Of a stretch of 22,552 nucleotides of DNA, positions 8,185 to 16,247 are shown one piece after another. A model generated the notes under the pieces. The model made no database searches, was not told the origin of the DNA, and saw only the letters and a list, made by a program, of their open reading frames with translations. The stretch is from Candidatus Fervidifonticultor quintus (lineage in GTDB: Bacteria > Sysuimicrobiota > Sysuimicrobiia > Sysuimicrobiales > Humicultoraceae): positions 1 through 22,552 of the forward strand of contig JAVKIJ010000051.1 in assembly GCA_031459535.1 (NCBI GenBank), written 5' to 3'. Every line of letters starts with the position of its first letter. Positions within the stretch are counted from its first letter, which is position 1. A program made the position numbers and the translations under genes.

Positions 8185-9066
8185 TCAGCCGATCAAGATC
8201 AGCGTGGCTCCCGCCAGGGCCACGAGCGCGCCCACGGCGATCTTCGCCGTGAGCTGCTCCTGCCCGCGCAGGACGAGTGGGCCGGTAAGTAGGACCACCA
8301 GGACCTGCAGGTTGTACAACACCGAGACAATGGCCACCGGAGCGTGCTGAAGGCCGATGTAGAGGAGCAGGATGGCCGCGGTATTCAATATGGCGCTGGC
8401 CCCGACGTCGAACCGCCGGAGCGCGGCGCCGGGTGGCCATCGCGCGGCGCGGTTGAAGACCGACCAGACCAGGTGCGCCAGCATGGCGGCGGTGGCGCCA
8501 ATGGCCGCGCCGACGATCGGCGCGGGTGTCAGATGGAGGCCGGCGCGGCGGGCGGTGTCGCCCAACGCAAACGCCGCGGCGCTGGCCAGCGCCATCAATA
8601 CGCCGCCGGGGTCGACCTGCCGGCGGACGCCGTCCGGCGGGTCGTCGGACTGCACGCTCAGCCACAGACCGAGCGTCACGCCTGCCATGCCGAGCAACTG
8701 GAGGAGCCGGGGGAATTCCCGCAGCAGCACGAAGCCGATGAGCAGCGAGAAGATCCCGTTGCTGAGTCGCACGGTCACCGTCAGCGAAGCGCCGATCCGG
8801 CTGAGGCTCTGGTAGGACAGGTTGCGCCCCACCAGGGTCCCCAGCAGTCCGCCGGAGACAAAGAGCACCAGCGACCATGGTGCGATGGGGGGCAGCAGCC
8901 CACCCATCGCCATCGCCACCGATGCTACGCCAAACGCCACCACATTAGTGACGATGCTGACCAGGACGCCGGCCTCCGGTGATACCGCAGGCATGAAGCG
9001 ACGGGCCAGGACGGTGCTCAGGCCAAACGAGACGGCTGCGGCCAGTCCCGCCAGCTCGCCGATCAT
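8185..9066 (-). CDS. DMT/EamA family transporter
   Basis: Two internally repeated hydrophobic halves (LLREFP and VLRGQEQLT EamA-type motifs), about 10 TM segments. ATG 9066 has GGAAGGAA upstream. Confidence 0.9.
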   Translation of the reverse strand: MIGELAGLAAAVSFGLSTVLARRFMPAVSPEAGVLVSIVTNVVAFGVASVAMAMGGLLPPIAPWSLVLFVSGGLLGTLVGRNLSYQSLSRIGASLTVTVRLSNGIFSLLIGFVLLREFPRLLQLLGMAGVTLGLWLSVQSDDPPDGVRRQVDPGGVLMALASAAAFALGDTARRAGLHLTPAPIVGAAIGATAAMLAHLVWSVFNRAARWPPGAALRRFDVGASAILNTAAILLLYIGLQHAPVAIVSVLYNLQVLVVLLTGPLVLRGQEQLTAKIAVGALVALAGATLILIG

Positions 9067-9155
9067 GCGACGTTCCTTCCATGCCGGGCCCCGCACAGGC
9101 ACGGGGTGCGCGCCGATGGAATTGGTGCAGTCCACGCCACCCTGGGAGGTCCGAG

Positions 9156-9749
9156 ATGCCCGCACGCCCGCCGGCCGCCGGTCGGGCCGCGCCCCGCGTT
9201 CGGAGGGGTTTCACGCTGGTGGAGCTGCTGATCGCGCTGGGGCTGGCAACGGCCGTCGCCACCGGATTCGGCGCCCTGGCCCAGGGCGCGGCCCGAGCCG
9301 CCTCGCTGTCCTTCGGCCGTCTCGAAGCCCAGCAGGCGGTTCGTCGCTGCCTGGAGCGCATCACAGAAGAGCTGCGCTGGGCCGAGGCGGTCGTGCCCGA
9401 CCCGGCCTGCGGCGCCAGCGGGCTGTGCGCCGACCGACTCACCGTGCGAGTGCCGAGCGGCAACCCGTATCGGGGCGACGAAGCCTACGAGGTCACGTTT
9501 CAGCACAACGCCCGGCAGCAAGAGCTCGAGCGCCGGGTAGGTCGGGGCGTCAACAACCTGGCCTCCCCGATCACCCAGCTCGAGTTCAGCCACCTCGACG
9601 CGCGCGGGGCGCCGGTGACCAGCGTCGATCGCGTCGCCCGTGTGCGGGTCCGGGCGTCGGCTGCGCTGTCCAATGGTGGTGCCATCCTGCTCGGGAGTGA
9701 GGTCATGCTCCGCAACCGCGGCGCGGCTCTGCCGGCGCCGGGCCCGTGA
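9156..9749 (+). CDS. Prepilin-type N-terminal cleavage/methylation protein (minor pilin/pseudopilin)
   Basis: Basic leader then RRG|FTLVELLIALGLA (Gly-1, Phe+1, Glu+5), helix ...LERITEELRWA, C-terminal EVMLRN. GGAGG RBS before ATG 9156. Confidence 0.88.
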   Translation: MPARPPAAGRAAPRVRRGFTLVELLIALGLATAVATGFGALAQGAARAASLSFGRLEAQQAVRRCLERITEELRWAEAVVPDPACGASGLCADRLTVRVPSGNPYRGDEAYEVTFQHNARQQELERRVGRGVNNLASPITQLEFSHLDARGAPVTSVDRVARVRVRASAALSNGGAILLGSEVMLRNRGAALPAPGP

Positions 9750-9778
9750 GGCGAACCCCGCAGCGGGCCGAGGGGAGA

Positions 9779-10912
9779 TCACAGGGCGTGTTCCTGATAT
9801 GCAGCGCGGCACGGAGGCCCGGGCGCCACGCGCATGCAGCCCTCGTGCAGGTCCATGATGACCGACGCCACCGTCTCATGGCGGTCGGCCTCCGGCAGGG
9901 CCGGGTTCGGGTGCCGGCAGATGGACTCGGGATGCCCGTCGTGATCGCGCAGCACATCCTCCAGCCGTCCGGCGTCCAGGCCACCGGAGGCGACGGCCTC
10001 GGCGAGCAGTCGCTCCATGCGACGGCAGCGGTGATACGTCGAACGACGCTCCTCGATCAGCGGCTGCCAGACCCCGAGCGTCCCGGGGTCACGGAAATGG
10101 TTGGCGTGCACGAGAACGCCCGCGGCCGGGTAGAGGTGGCAGACCGCGCCCGGCGCCGTCTCCACGCTCACGGCCGCCCCGCGGCCCGCTCCTTTGGCCT
10201 GGGCGATGAGGAAGTTGGCGGAGCACGCCCGATCGCCGCCAGCCGCCGCGTCTGCCGCTGCCTCCAGGGTGTGGCTGCAGAGTACGTCCCATGTCCGGGC
10301 GTGAAACGGCCGGCCCATCCGGGACCAGTCGTCCTCACTGGAGAGCAGGCCATTGATGGCGAGCCCTACGCCGGCGCTGTTCTGGCCGATCTTGCCGCCG
10401 GCCACCCCGGCTTCCGTGAAGCACAGGACCCGCAGGCCGTCGGGCCGCGTGACGTTCAGCAGCAGACCCACGACCCCCGGAATCCAGTCCCAGTTCTGGC
10501 CGACGCGCAGGTGACCATCGGCCGACGCCTCGGGCAGGACCGCGAAAGACGTGCATGCCCCGGCCGGCGACGGCAGGCCGGCCAGGTCGCGCCGCCCCAT
10601 CCGCGAGAACTCTCCGTACATGAACTCGAACCGCAGGTTCACGGCGGCCACATCCAGCAGCGGGACGCCCGCGCCTGACGCGATGCCCTCGACCATGGCC
10701 GCGAACTCCGGGCTGCGGGCTCTGATCAACGGCCAACTCCGCGCCGTGCGGCGGATCACTTCCTCACGGGGCAGCTCGGCCTCCTCGGCAAAGCGACGGA
10801 AATAGATGTCGAGGTTGTGCGCAATGCGGCCGGCGGCGGCTCGGCCGTGGGCCACGCCGATCTCCCAGGGCGAACCGGCCAGGTCAAGCACCGGAAGGGG
10901 CGGCGGGGTCAT
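9779..10912 (-). CDS. C45 family Ntn-hydrolase/acyltransferase (acyl-CoA:6-APA acyltransferase-like)
   Basis: GSPWEIGVAHG, EGIASGAG, nucleophile GA|CTSFAV, GQNWDW, HANHF, ICRH and TVASVIMD. ATG 10912 overlaps the GNAT stop (ATGA). Confidence 0.9.
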   Translation of the reverse strand: MTPPPLPVLDLAGSPWEIGVAHGRAAAGRIAHNLDIYFRRFAEEAELPREEVIRRTARSWPLIRARSPEFAAMVEGIASGAGVPLLDVAAVNLRFEFMYGEFSRMGRRDLAGLPSPAGACTSFAVLPEASADGHLRVGQNWDWIPGVVGLLLNVTRPDGLRVLCFTEAGVAGGKIGQNSAGVGLAINGLLSSEDDWSRMGRPFHARTWDVLCSHTLEAAADAAAGGDRACSANFLIAQAKGAGRGAAVSVETAPGAVCHLYPAAGVLVHANHFRDPGTLGVWQPLIEERRSTYHRCRRMERLLAEAVASGGLDAGRLEDVLRDHDGHPESICRHPNPALPEADRHETVASVIMDLHEGCMRVAPGPPCRAAYQEHAL

Positions 10913-11913
10913 GCCGCGGCTCCCGGGGCCAGGGTCTTCTCGTACGTGATCCAGGCTGGCTGACGCACGAATCCCAGCCGCTCGTTGATCACCAGCATGC
11001 CGACATTGTGCGTGGCATTCCACGTGCGGATCTCGGTGTAGCCGCGGCTTCCGCCGTACGCGATGGTGGCCAGCTTGAGCGCCATGGCGATGCCCCGGCC
11101 GCGAAAGCCCGGCAGTACCCCGGTCACGTTGTGAGACAGGTGGGTACCCTGGGGCGGACGCTCCAGATTCGCCTCGCCGACGTAGGCGTCCTCTACCTTG
11201 GCCAGGAAGTAGGCGTCCGGCAGTGCGCGGGGGGAGTCTACCCGGCTGGCCAGAAAGTGTTCGAACGTGGGCGGCGTGAACGGGATCGGCGCGGGAATGT
11301 CGGCCACCACGGCGTTGTGCAGATCATAGGCGCGCCGCAAGGCGTTGGGGTCCCGCACTCGCTCTTCGGCGAGCGTCACGATCCGGACCCCCGCCGCTTG
11401 AACCCGCTGCCGGTACACCTCAAACGGCGCCGGATCGAAGCGACGGAGATCGAGGCGCAGCTCCCAGTTGCGGAGGACCTCCCGAAACCCGCGTCGCTCG
11501 AGAAACGCCATGGCCTCGGGCATGGCCTCCCACGCAAACGACTCCACCTCGGTGGCGCCGTACTCACGCAGCGAGGCCAGCGCGTGGTCGTACAGCGCCC
11601 GGCCCACACCTTGCCGTCGCCACGCCGGATGGACGAGGATCGTCAGGCGGTAGCGCCAGGCCCTGAACTGCTCAGGCATGTGCTGGAACCGGTAGTGCCC
11701 GACCACATCACCGTCTGCGGTCTCGGCGAGTGCCCGCACGCTAGCGTACCCGCCGGCGTGCAGCCGGCCGTCGCTTGTGCGGATCTCCTCGGCCGTCTCG
11801 GCGTACTGGGGAAACACGGCGCGGCTGACGTGGGCGATCCGGTCCGCGTCCCGATCGGTGGCGGGCCGGATACGGAGCGTCAACCCGGCCGGCGTACCAG
11901 TCGTCGGGCGCAT
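10909..11913 (-). CDS. Tandem GNAT N-acetyltransferase
   Basis: Two acetyl-CoA motifs: VHPAWRRQGVGRAL...FLERRGF and TGVLPGFRGRGIAMALK...INERLGF. Start ATG 11913 (GGAG upstream) or TTG 11934. Confidence 0.9.
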   Translation of the reverse strand: MRPTTGTPAGLTLRIRPATDRDADRIAHVSRAVFPQYAETAEEIRTSDGRLHAGGYASVRALAETADGDVVGHYRFQHMPEQFRAWRYRLTILVHPAWRRQGVGRALYDHALASLREYGATEVESFAWEAMPEAMAFLERRGFREVLRNWELRLDLRRFDPAPFEVYRQRVQAAGVRIVTLAEERVRDPNALRRAYDLHNAVVADIPAPIPFTPPTFEHFLASRVDSPRALPDAYFLAKVEDAYVGEANLERPPQGTHLSHNVTGVLPGFRGRGIAMALKLATIAYGGSRGYTEIRTWNATHNVGMLVINERLGFVRQPAWITYEKTLAPGAAA

Positions 11914-11930
11914 GCCAGCTTCACTCCGGC

Positions 11931-12242
11931 TCAACGGGTGCGAGCCCGGCTCAGGCTCAGGAACTCGCCGCCGGTGACTTGGTGCGAACGCACGGAGAAA
12001 TCAGGCGCGAGTACCGCGTGAACGTGCAACAACGCGAAGCACTTCGTGCCCAGCAGATCCTTGTCCAGCACGTGCACCTCCACACCGTCTTCCACGTCCT
12101 GCCACAACTCGTAGCGCGTGTCCACCCTCACGCGGAGAACTTCGCCGCACCTGGTGCAGCGCACCTCGAGCCACAACGCCGCGGCGTCCTCATCGGCGCC
12201 GCCGGCGCCGCGAGCGACCAGACGTCGCAACCAGTCCCTCAT
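11931..12242 (-). CDS. Hypothetical protein with CxxC motif (103 aa)
   Basis: LWLEVRCTRCGEVLRVRVD...LLGTKCF...GGEF. Non-shadow composition; abuts the GNAT gene. Confidence 0.75.
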   Translation of the reverse strand: MRDWLRRLVARGAGGADEDAAALWLEVRCTRCGEVLRVRVDTRYELWQDVEDGVEVHVLDKDLLGTKCFALLHVHAVLAPDFSVRSHQVTGGEFLSLSRARTR

Positions 12243-12365
12243 GCTACCGGAAGCCTTCTGCGTTGCCCGGGCGCGCCCCTGTGGGCACCTGGGTCGCTCG
12301 CCCTCGCGCCCGGCATGCTCTGGCGCCCTCTTCGGGGTAGGTTCAGATAGATGCCGTACACCTCC

Positions 12366-12394
12366 TTGACGGCTCTGCAGCCGCGTGTTAACGT
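12366..12394 (+). promoter_or_regulatory. Sigma70-type promoter
   Basis: TTGACG (12366-12371), 17-nt spacer, TAACGT (12389-12394) with extended -10 TGn. Predicted start about 12401, just before the PyrR element. Confidence 0.7.
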
Positions 12395-12408
12395 CACTGG
12401 CGAACGCA

Positions 12409-12499
12409 CTCCTTTAAGAACCGTCCCGCGAGACGGTCAAGGAGGGTTTCAATGCCGTACAGGCACCATGGGGTCACCCGCCGCGACGGTGGGTGTTTT
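12409..12499 (+). promoter_or_regulatory. PyrR-binding attenuator leader
   Basis: CTCCTTTAAGAACCGTCCCGCGAGACGGTCAAGGAG matches the PyrR binding-loop pattern (CUUUAA...GUCCnGnGAG...AAGG). Lower stem CTCCTT/AAGGAG, upper stem ACCGTC/GACGGT, followed by a terminator hairpin. Confidence 0.82.
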
Positions 12500-12604
12500 C
12501 ACGTGGCCCGGCCCCGCACGTTTCGGTCCTCTGCCTCCACGTCAGACATTCGCAATCGTATCCATGATCCCCGAAGGAGCGTGATTCCCCGATGGATGTG
12601 CTGA
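12452..12604 (+). CDS. Possible 50-aa leader peptide (regulatory uORF)
   Basis: AAGGAGG (12439-12445) lies 6 nt before ATG 12452. The frame stays open across the terminator to TGA 12602-12604, overlapping the amidohydrolase start. Confidence 0.35.
   Translation: MPYRHHGVTRRDGGCFHVARPRTFRSSASTSDIRNRIHDPRRSVIPRWMC
12475..12499 (+). terminator. Intrinsic terminator of the attenuator
   Basis: CACCCGCCG-cga-CGGTGGGTG (9-bp stem with one G-U) followed by TTTT. Confidence 0.72.
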
Positions 12605-13782
12605 CCGACGGCCCTGGCTACAGCAGTTGGGACCGCACCCTCGAGCTCCAGGTCCGCGAATTCGGCGGGTGGCTCAACGCGCACACGCATCTGGACCGGG
12701 CCAACACCTTCGCCCCGGAGTACCTCCACCACGCAAACATCGATCCCGTGGGAGCCGCCGGTCTGTCGCTGTCGGTGAAGCAGATCCTGGTTGGTGAGCT
12801 CCACAAGGGCCTGGCCTACCGGGCAGACAATCTCTACGGGCGCATGAAGAACGAACTGGAGCGCATGGTGGCCATGGGTGTCCGGGAGGTCATCTCGTTC
12901 GTGGACGCCACACCCGACATCGGCCTGGTGGCCATCGAGCAGGCAGCCCGCCTGCGGGAAGAGTACCGAGGGCGACTCACGTTGAAGATCGCCGTCTCGC
13001 CCATCTTTGGTTTCAAGAATCCGAAGGTCAATCCCGACCGGTGGACCGTCTACTCCCAGGCCGCAGAAGTGGCCGATGTGCTGGGCGGCCTTCCGTCCAA
13101 GGACCGCGGGGAGGGCCGGGTCGGATTCGACGGCCACGTGCGCATGATCCTCGAGCTCGGCAAGCGCCTACGCAAGCCCGTGCACTTCCAGGTCGACCAG
13201 GACAACGACCCCCGCGAAGCGGAGACCGAGCAACTGGTCCAGGCCGTCCGCTGGCTGGGTTCGCCCGACGTACCGGGCGAGGAGGGACCCACGGTCTGGG
13301 CCGTGCACGCCATCTCGCCGTCCTGCTACGACGAAGACCGGTTCCAGCGCTTGGTCGAGGACATGCGGCAGTTCCGGGTGGGGGTCATCAGTTGCCCCAC
13401 GGCGGCGCTCTCCATGTTCCAGCGCCGTCCCCTCGTGGCGCCGATCCACAACTCCATCGCCCGGCTGCTGGAGATGATGACAGCCGACGTGGCGGTGCGC
13501 ATCGGCACCGACAACATCTGCGACATCTTTATCCCCAACGGCGACGGGAGCGTGCGCAGCGAGGTCTGGGTGGCGGCCACGGCCCTGCGGTTCTACCACA
13601 CCATGATCTGGGCCAAGCTCGGCGCCGGGCTCCCGCTCAACGAGGGCGACAAGGAGTGGATCCGCCAGGCGCTGCACCGAGCCCGTGACACATGGGCCGC
13701 TGTGCGGGCCGATCTGAGTCGATCGGGGGCCAACGGCCTCCGCGCATCCGCGGACGGCGAACACCTGCTGGCCTGGCGTTAG
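12592..13782 (+). CDS. Metal-dependent amidohydrolase, cytosine deaminase-like (atypical)
   Basis: WLNAHTHLD (HxH), ADVLGGLP, HFQVDQ, WAVHAIS, VISCPTAA and IGTDNICD. AAGGAG upstream. Confidence 0.85.
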   Translation: MDVLTDGPGYSSWDRTLELQVREFGGWLNAHTHLDRANTFAPEYLHHANIDPVGAAGLSLSVKQILVGELHKGLAYRADNLYGRMKNELERMVAMGVREVISFVDATPDIGLVAIEQAARLREEYRGRLTLKIAVSPIFGFKNPKVNPDRWTVYSQAAEVADVLGGLPSKDRGEGRVGFDGHVRMILELGKRLRKPVHFQVDQDNDPREAETEQLVQAVRWLGSPDVPGEEGPTVWAVHAISPSCYDEDRFQRLVEDMRQFRVGVISCPTAALSMFQRRPLVAPIHNSIARLLEMMTADVAVRIGTDNICDIFIPNGDGSVRSEVWVAATALRFYHTMIWAKLGAGLPLNEGDKEWIRQALHRARDTWAAVRADLSRSGANGLRASADGEHLLAWR

Positions 13783-13856
13783 CCCGGCCTGGCGCCAGCG
13801 CGATGCGCCGCCGCGACGCGGGGGGCGGCGCCTGTGGCCGTGCAGGGGAGCCGCCT

Positions 13857-13892
13857 CTGCGATGGCGAATCTTTCCCTGCGATCGCGAATCT
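13857..13892 (+). repeat. Tandem direct repeat (16-bp core, 20-bp period), candidate operator
   Basis: CTGCGATGGCGAATCT (13857-13872) and CTGCGATCGCGAATCT (13877-13892), 15/16 identical, directly upstream of the XRE gene RBS. Confidence 0.6.
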
Positions 13893-13911
13893 GACTCCAG
13901 GAGGACCTCTC

Positions 13912-14397
13912 ATGCGGCCACGCCTCGACTTCGGCCGGGCCATCGAGACGTTGCGGGCGTCTCGGGGTCTCTCTCGCGAGGAGGCGGCGAGCCTGGCCGG
14001 CATCTCGCACTCGTATCTCTCGGAGATCGAGCGGGGGCTCAAGCGTCCGTCCGCCGACATCGTCGCCCGCATCGCGCGGGCCTTCGGGATGAAGGGCAGC
14101 GCCTTCTTCCAGTACGTCGAGGACCTCTCGGCCCCCCTGCCCGAGGAACCCGCGTCCGCCCGCGCCGTCCAGCTCCCGCTGAAGCGCGGCCGCCCGATGC
14201 CGCTCTTTGCCCCGGATCAAAGCACGGGGTCAGGCGCGAGGCCCCCGCGCCGGCGCCGCGGTGCTGCAGCCGCCGAGGCGGGTGATCTCGCGATCAGTGA
14301 ACTCCTGGTGATCAGCCGCAGGCTGCGGCCCGAAGACCGCGCCGCACTGCTGCAGCTGGCGCGGCACCTGCTCCACCGCGGCCAGGGCCAGGCCTGA
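13912..14397 (+). CDS. XRE-family HTH transcriptional regulator
   Basis: FGRAIETLRASRGLSREEAASLAGISHSYLSEIERGLKRPS. AGGAGG RBS before ATG 13912. C-terminal LRPEDRAALLQLARHL helix. Confidence 0.9.
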   Translation: MRPRLDFGRAIETLRASRGLSREEAASLAGISHSYLSEIERGLKRPSADIVARIARAFGMKGSAFFQYVEDLSAPLPEEPASARAVQLPLKRGRPMPLFAPDQSTGSGARPPRRRRGAAAAEAGDLAISELLVISRRLRPEDRAALLQLARHLLHRGQGQA

Positions 14398-14418
14398 AGC
14401 GCCAACGGGCACCGCACC

Positions 14419-16221
14419 CTACCCGGCCGATCCGCCCGACCCGCCCCCGCCACCGCCCCCGCCGCCCGAGAAGCCGCCCCCGCCGCCGCTCGCCGAGCTC
14501 GCCGAGGATGTCGCCGCGGCCAACGCGGTCGTGAACCCGGAAAGTGAAGCCAGCGGGCCTCCGCGGCCCGATCCCGAAGACGCGGTCCATGCGCTCAACC
14601 CGGGCGACCGCGCCAGTTCCTCGGCCGGATAGATCCTGCCGAGCTGCTGGATCACCCGGTCGGCGACGCCCAGCGGCACCGCGTAGACGAGATAGTGCTC
14701 CCACAGGGCCAGCGACGGCAACTCCGCCCGCGGCATCTCCGAGAAGTCGAGCAAGAACCGTCGGAATCCCTGCCATCGCCGCAGGTCGTCGGCGCCCTGC
14801 TGCGAACGCCGGCGCAGCGCGCCGTGACCCAGGATGAGGACGAGACCCGCCACCGCCGTCGCGGCGATGCCGGCCAGCGCCTGCGCCGCGATGGACGCCC
14901 ACAAACCCGCGAAGAGGACGACGAAGCCGGCGACGAGGCTCATGCTGCTGATCCTCATGCTGGTCCCGTCGAAGAACTTCTCTCGGTCGGCAGCCCTGCG
15001 AACCGCGCCCGACCACGAGGAGAACCTGCGGCCGACGCGTCGTTTGACCTCGTCGGGCAACCCGCGGCGCCGGCTGACCGTGACCGACCCGGGCGCATCC
15101 GGGCTGCCGAACAGCAGGGCCAGCGCGTCCGACTCGAAGGCCGCTAGGCCCCCCACCTTGTCCGTTCGCACGAGCGTGTACTGCTCGTCGCGTCCCAACC
15201 CGAGAAACCCCTCACCAACCGCGGTCTCGACGCGAAGGTAGCCCCGCCGCGCCAGGTCCAGGACCGTGGCCACGAAGTCGGCTGGCTGGACCGATCCGAA
15301 GCGCCACAGGACGCCCAGTTCAGCGGGTGTGTAGCGTCCGGGCAACTCCCGGTAGTAGCCCTCAGGCACCGACGGGTTGGGCTCACGGCCGTAGCGCAGG
15401 TACATCGCGAACCACAGCGCCACAACCGCGGCCGGGAGGGCGACCATCCCACCCTGCGCCACGCGCGCAACCTGTCGCCGCCGGTTGGCCTGGGCGGCCC
15501 ACGCGGCTTCCTCCTTGAGGATTCGCGGCAGGGCCGTCTCCGCCGTGCGGCGGCGCGCCTGGGGGACGACGCGGTGGGGAAACACGATGCGGCCCTCTAC
15601 CATGGTGGAGGCCGGCAGGTGGCGCACGGCGAGCATGGCCCCGCCACTGACCGGCCGGACCGTACCGTGGAGTGGCCCGTGACCCCACGCGCGGATCTCG
15701 CTGGCCGCCAGACTGCCTGGCAGCTTCACCTCCACCCGCACGTCCTCGCTGGGATGGTCCCAGCCCGTGCCAATGAACTTCCAGTACAGCTCGGCGACGT
15801 CGGCGTACACCGTGACCACGTCATCCAGCACGTACGAGATGGTGAAGGTCCGCGACTCGTTCGAAGCCTGGAATCCCCAGACGATCTCAACCTGGTTCCC
15901 CTCCCGCCTTACCCGGTACACCCCGGGACCGACGAGGTTGCCCGGGGCGTAGGGGCCCCGCTCGTCGGCCACCCCAATCTGGCGGATGCGGCTCGCTCCC
16001 ACCAGCGGGAGTCGGTAGCTGGCCCAGGAGAACGAGCCGTCAAACCGGTACGTCCGCGCCTCGACGATGCGCAGGCTGCCATCGGGGGCGACGGTCGCCT
16101 CGATGGCCACCCGGGCGAACACGAACGACTTGGCCGCGGCCGGGATCGCCATCACTGCCAGGCCCGCCACGGTGGCGATGCTGACCGTGACCAGCACGCC
16201 GGCGGCAGAAGGCCGTCTCAC
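14419..16221 (-). CDS. DUF2207 family membrane protein
   Basis: Signal-like N-terminus, DGSLRIVE, AELYWKFIG, VLDLARRGYL, WQGFRRFLLDF, WEHYLVYAVPLGV and Gly/Ser tail GGGFSGGGGGGGGG. Confidence 0.92.
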   Translation of the reverse strand: MRRPSAAGVLVTVSIATVAGLAVMAIPAAAKSFVFARVAIEATVAPDGSLRIVEARTYRFDGSFSWASYRLPLVGASRIRQIGVADERGPYAPGNLVGPGVYRVRREGNQVEIVWGFQASNESRTFTISYVLDDVVTVYADVAELYWKFIGTGWDHPSEDVRVEVKLPGSLAASEIRAWGHGPLHGTVRPVSGGAMLAVRHLPASTMVEGRIVFPHRVVPQARRRTAETALPRILKEEAAWAAQANRRRQVARVAQGGMVALPAAVVALWFAMYLRYGREPNPSVPEGYYRELPGRYTPAELGVLWRFGSVQPADFVATVLDLARRGYLRVETAVGEGFLGLGRDEQYTLVRTDKVGGLAAFESDALALLFGSPDAPGSVTVSRRRGLPDEVKRRVGRRFSSWSGAVRRAADREKFFDGTSMRISSMSLVAGFVVLFAGLWASIAAQALAGIAATAVAGLVLILGHGALRRRSQQGADDLRRWQGFRRFLLDFSEMPRAELPSLALWEHYLVYAVPLGVADRVIQQLGRIYPAEELARSPGLSAWTASSGSGRGGPLASLSGFTTALAAATSSASSASGGGGGFSGGGGGGGGGSGGSAG

Positions 16222-16247
16222 GCCGTCTCACCCCCTGGCATTGAGCA

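Noticed and set aside
14422-14490. GC-rich low-complexity repeat
   Set aside because: Encodes the normal Gly-rich DUF2207 tail.
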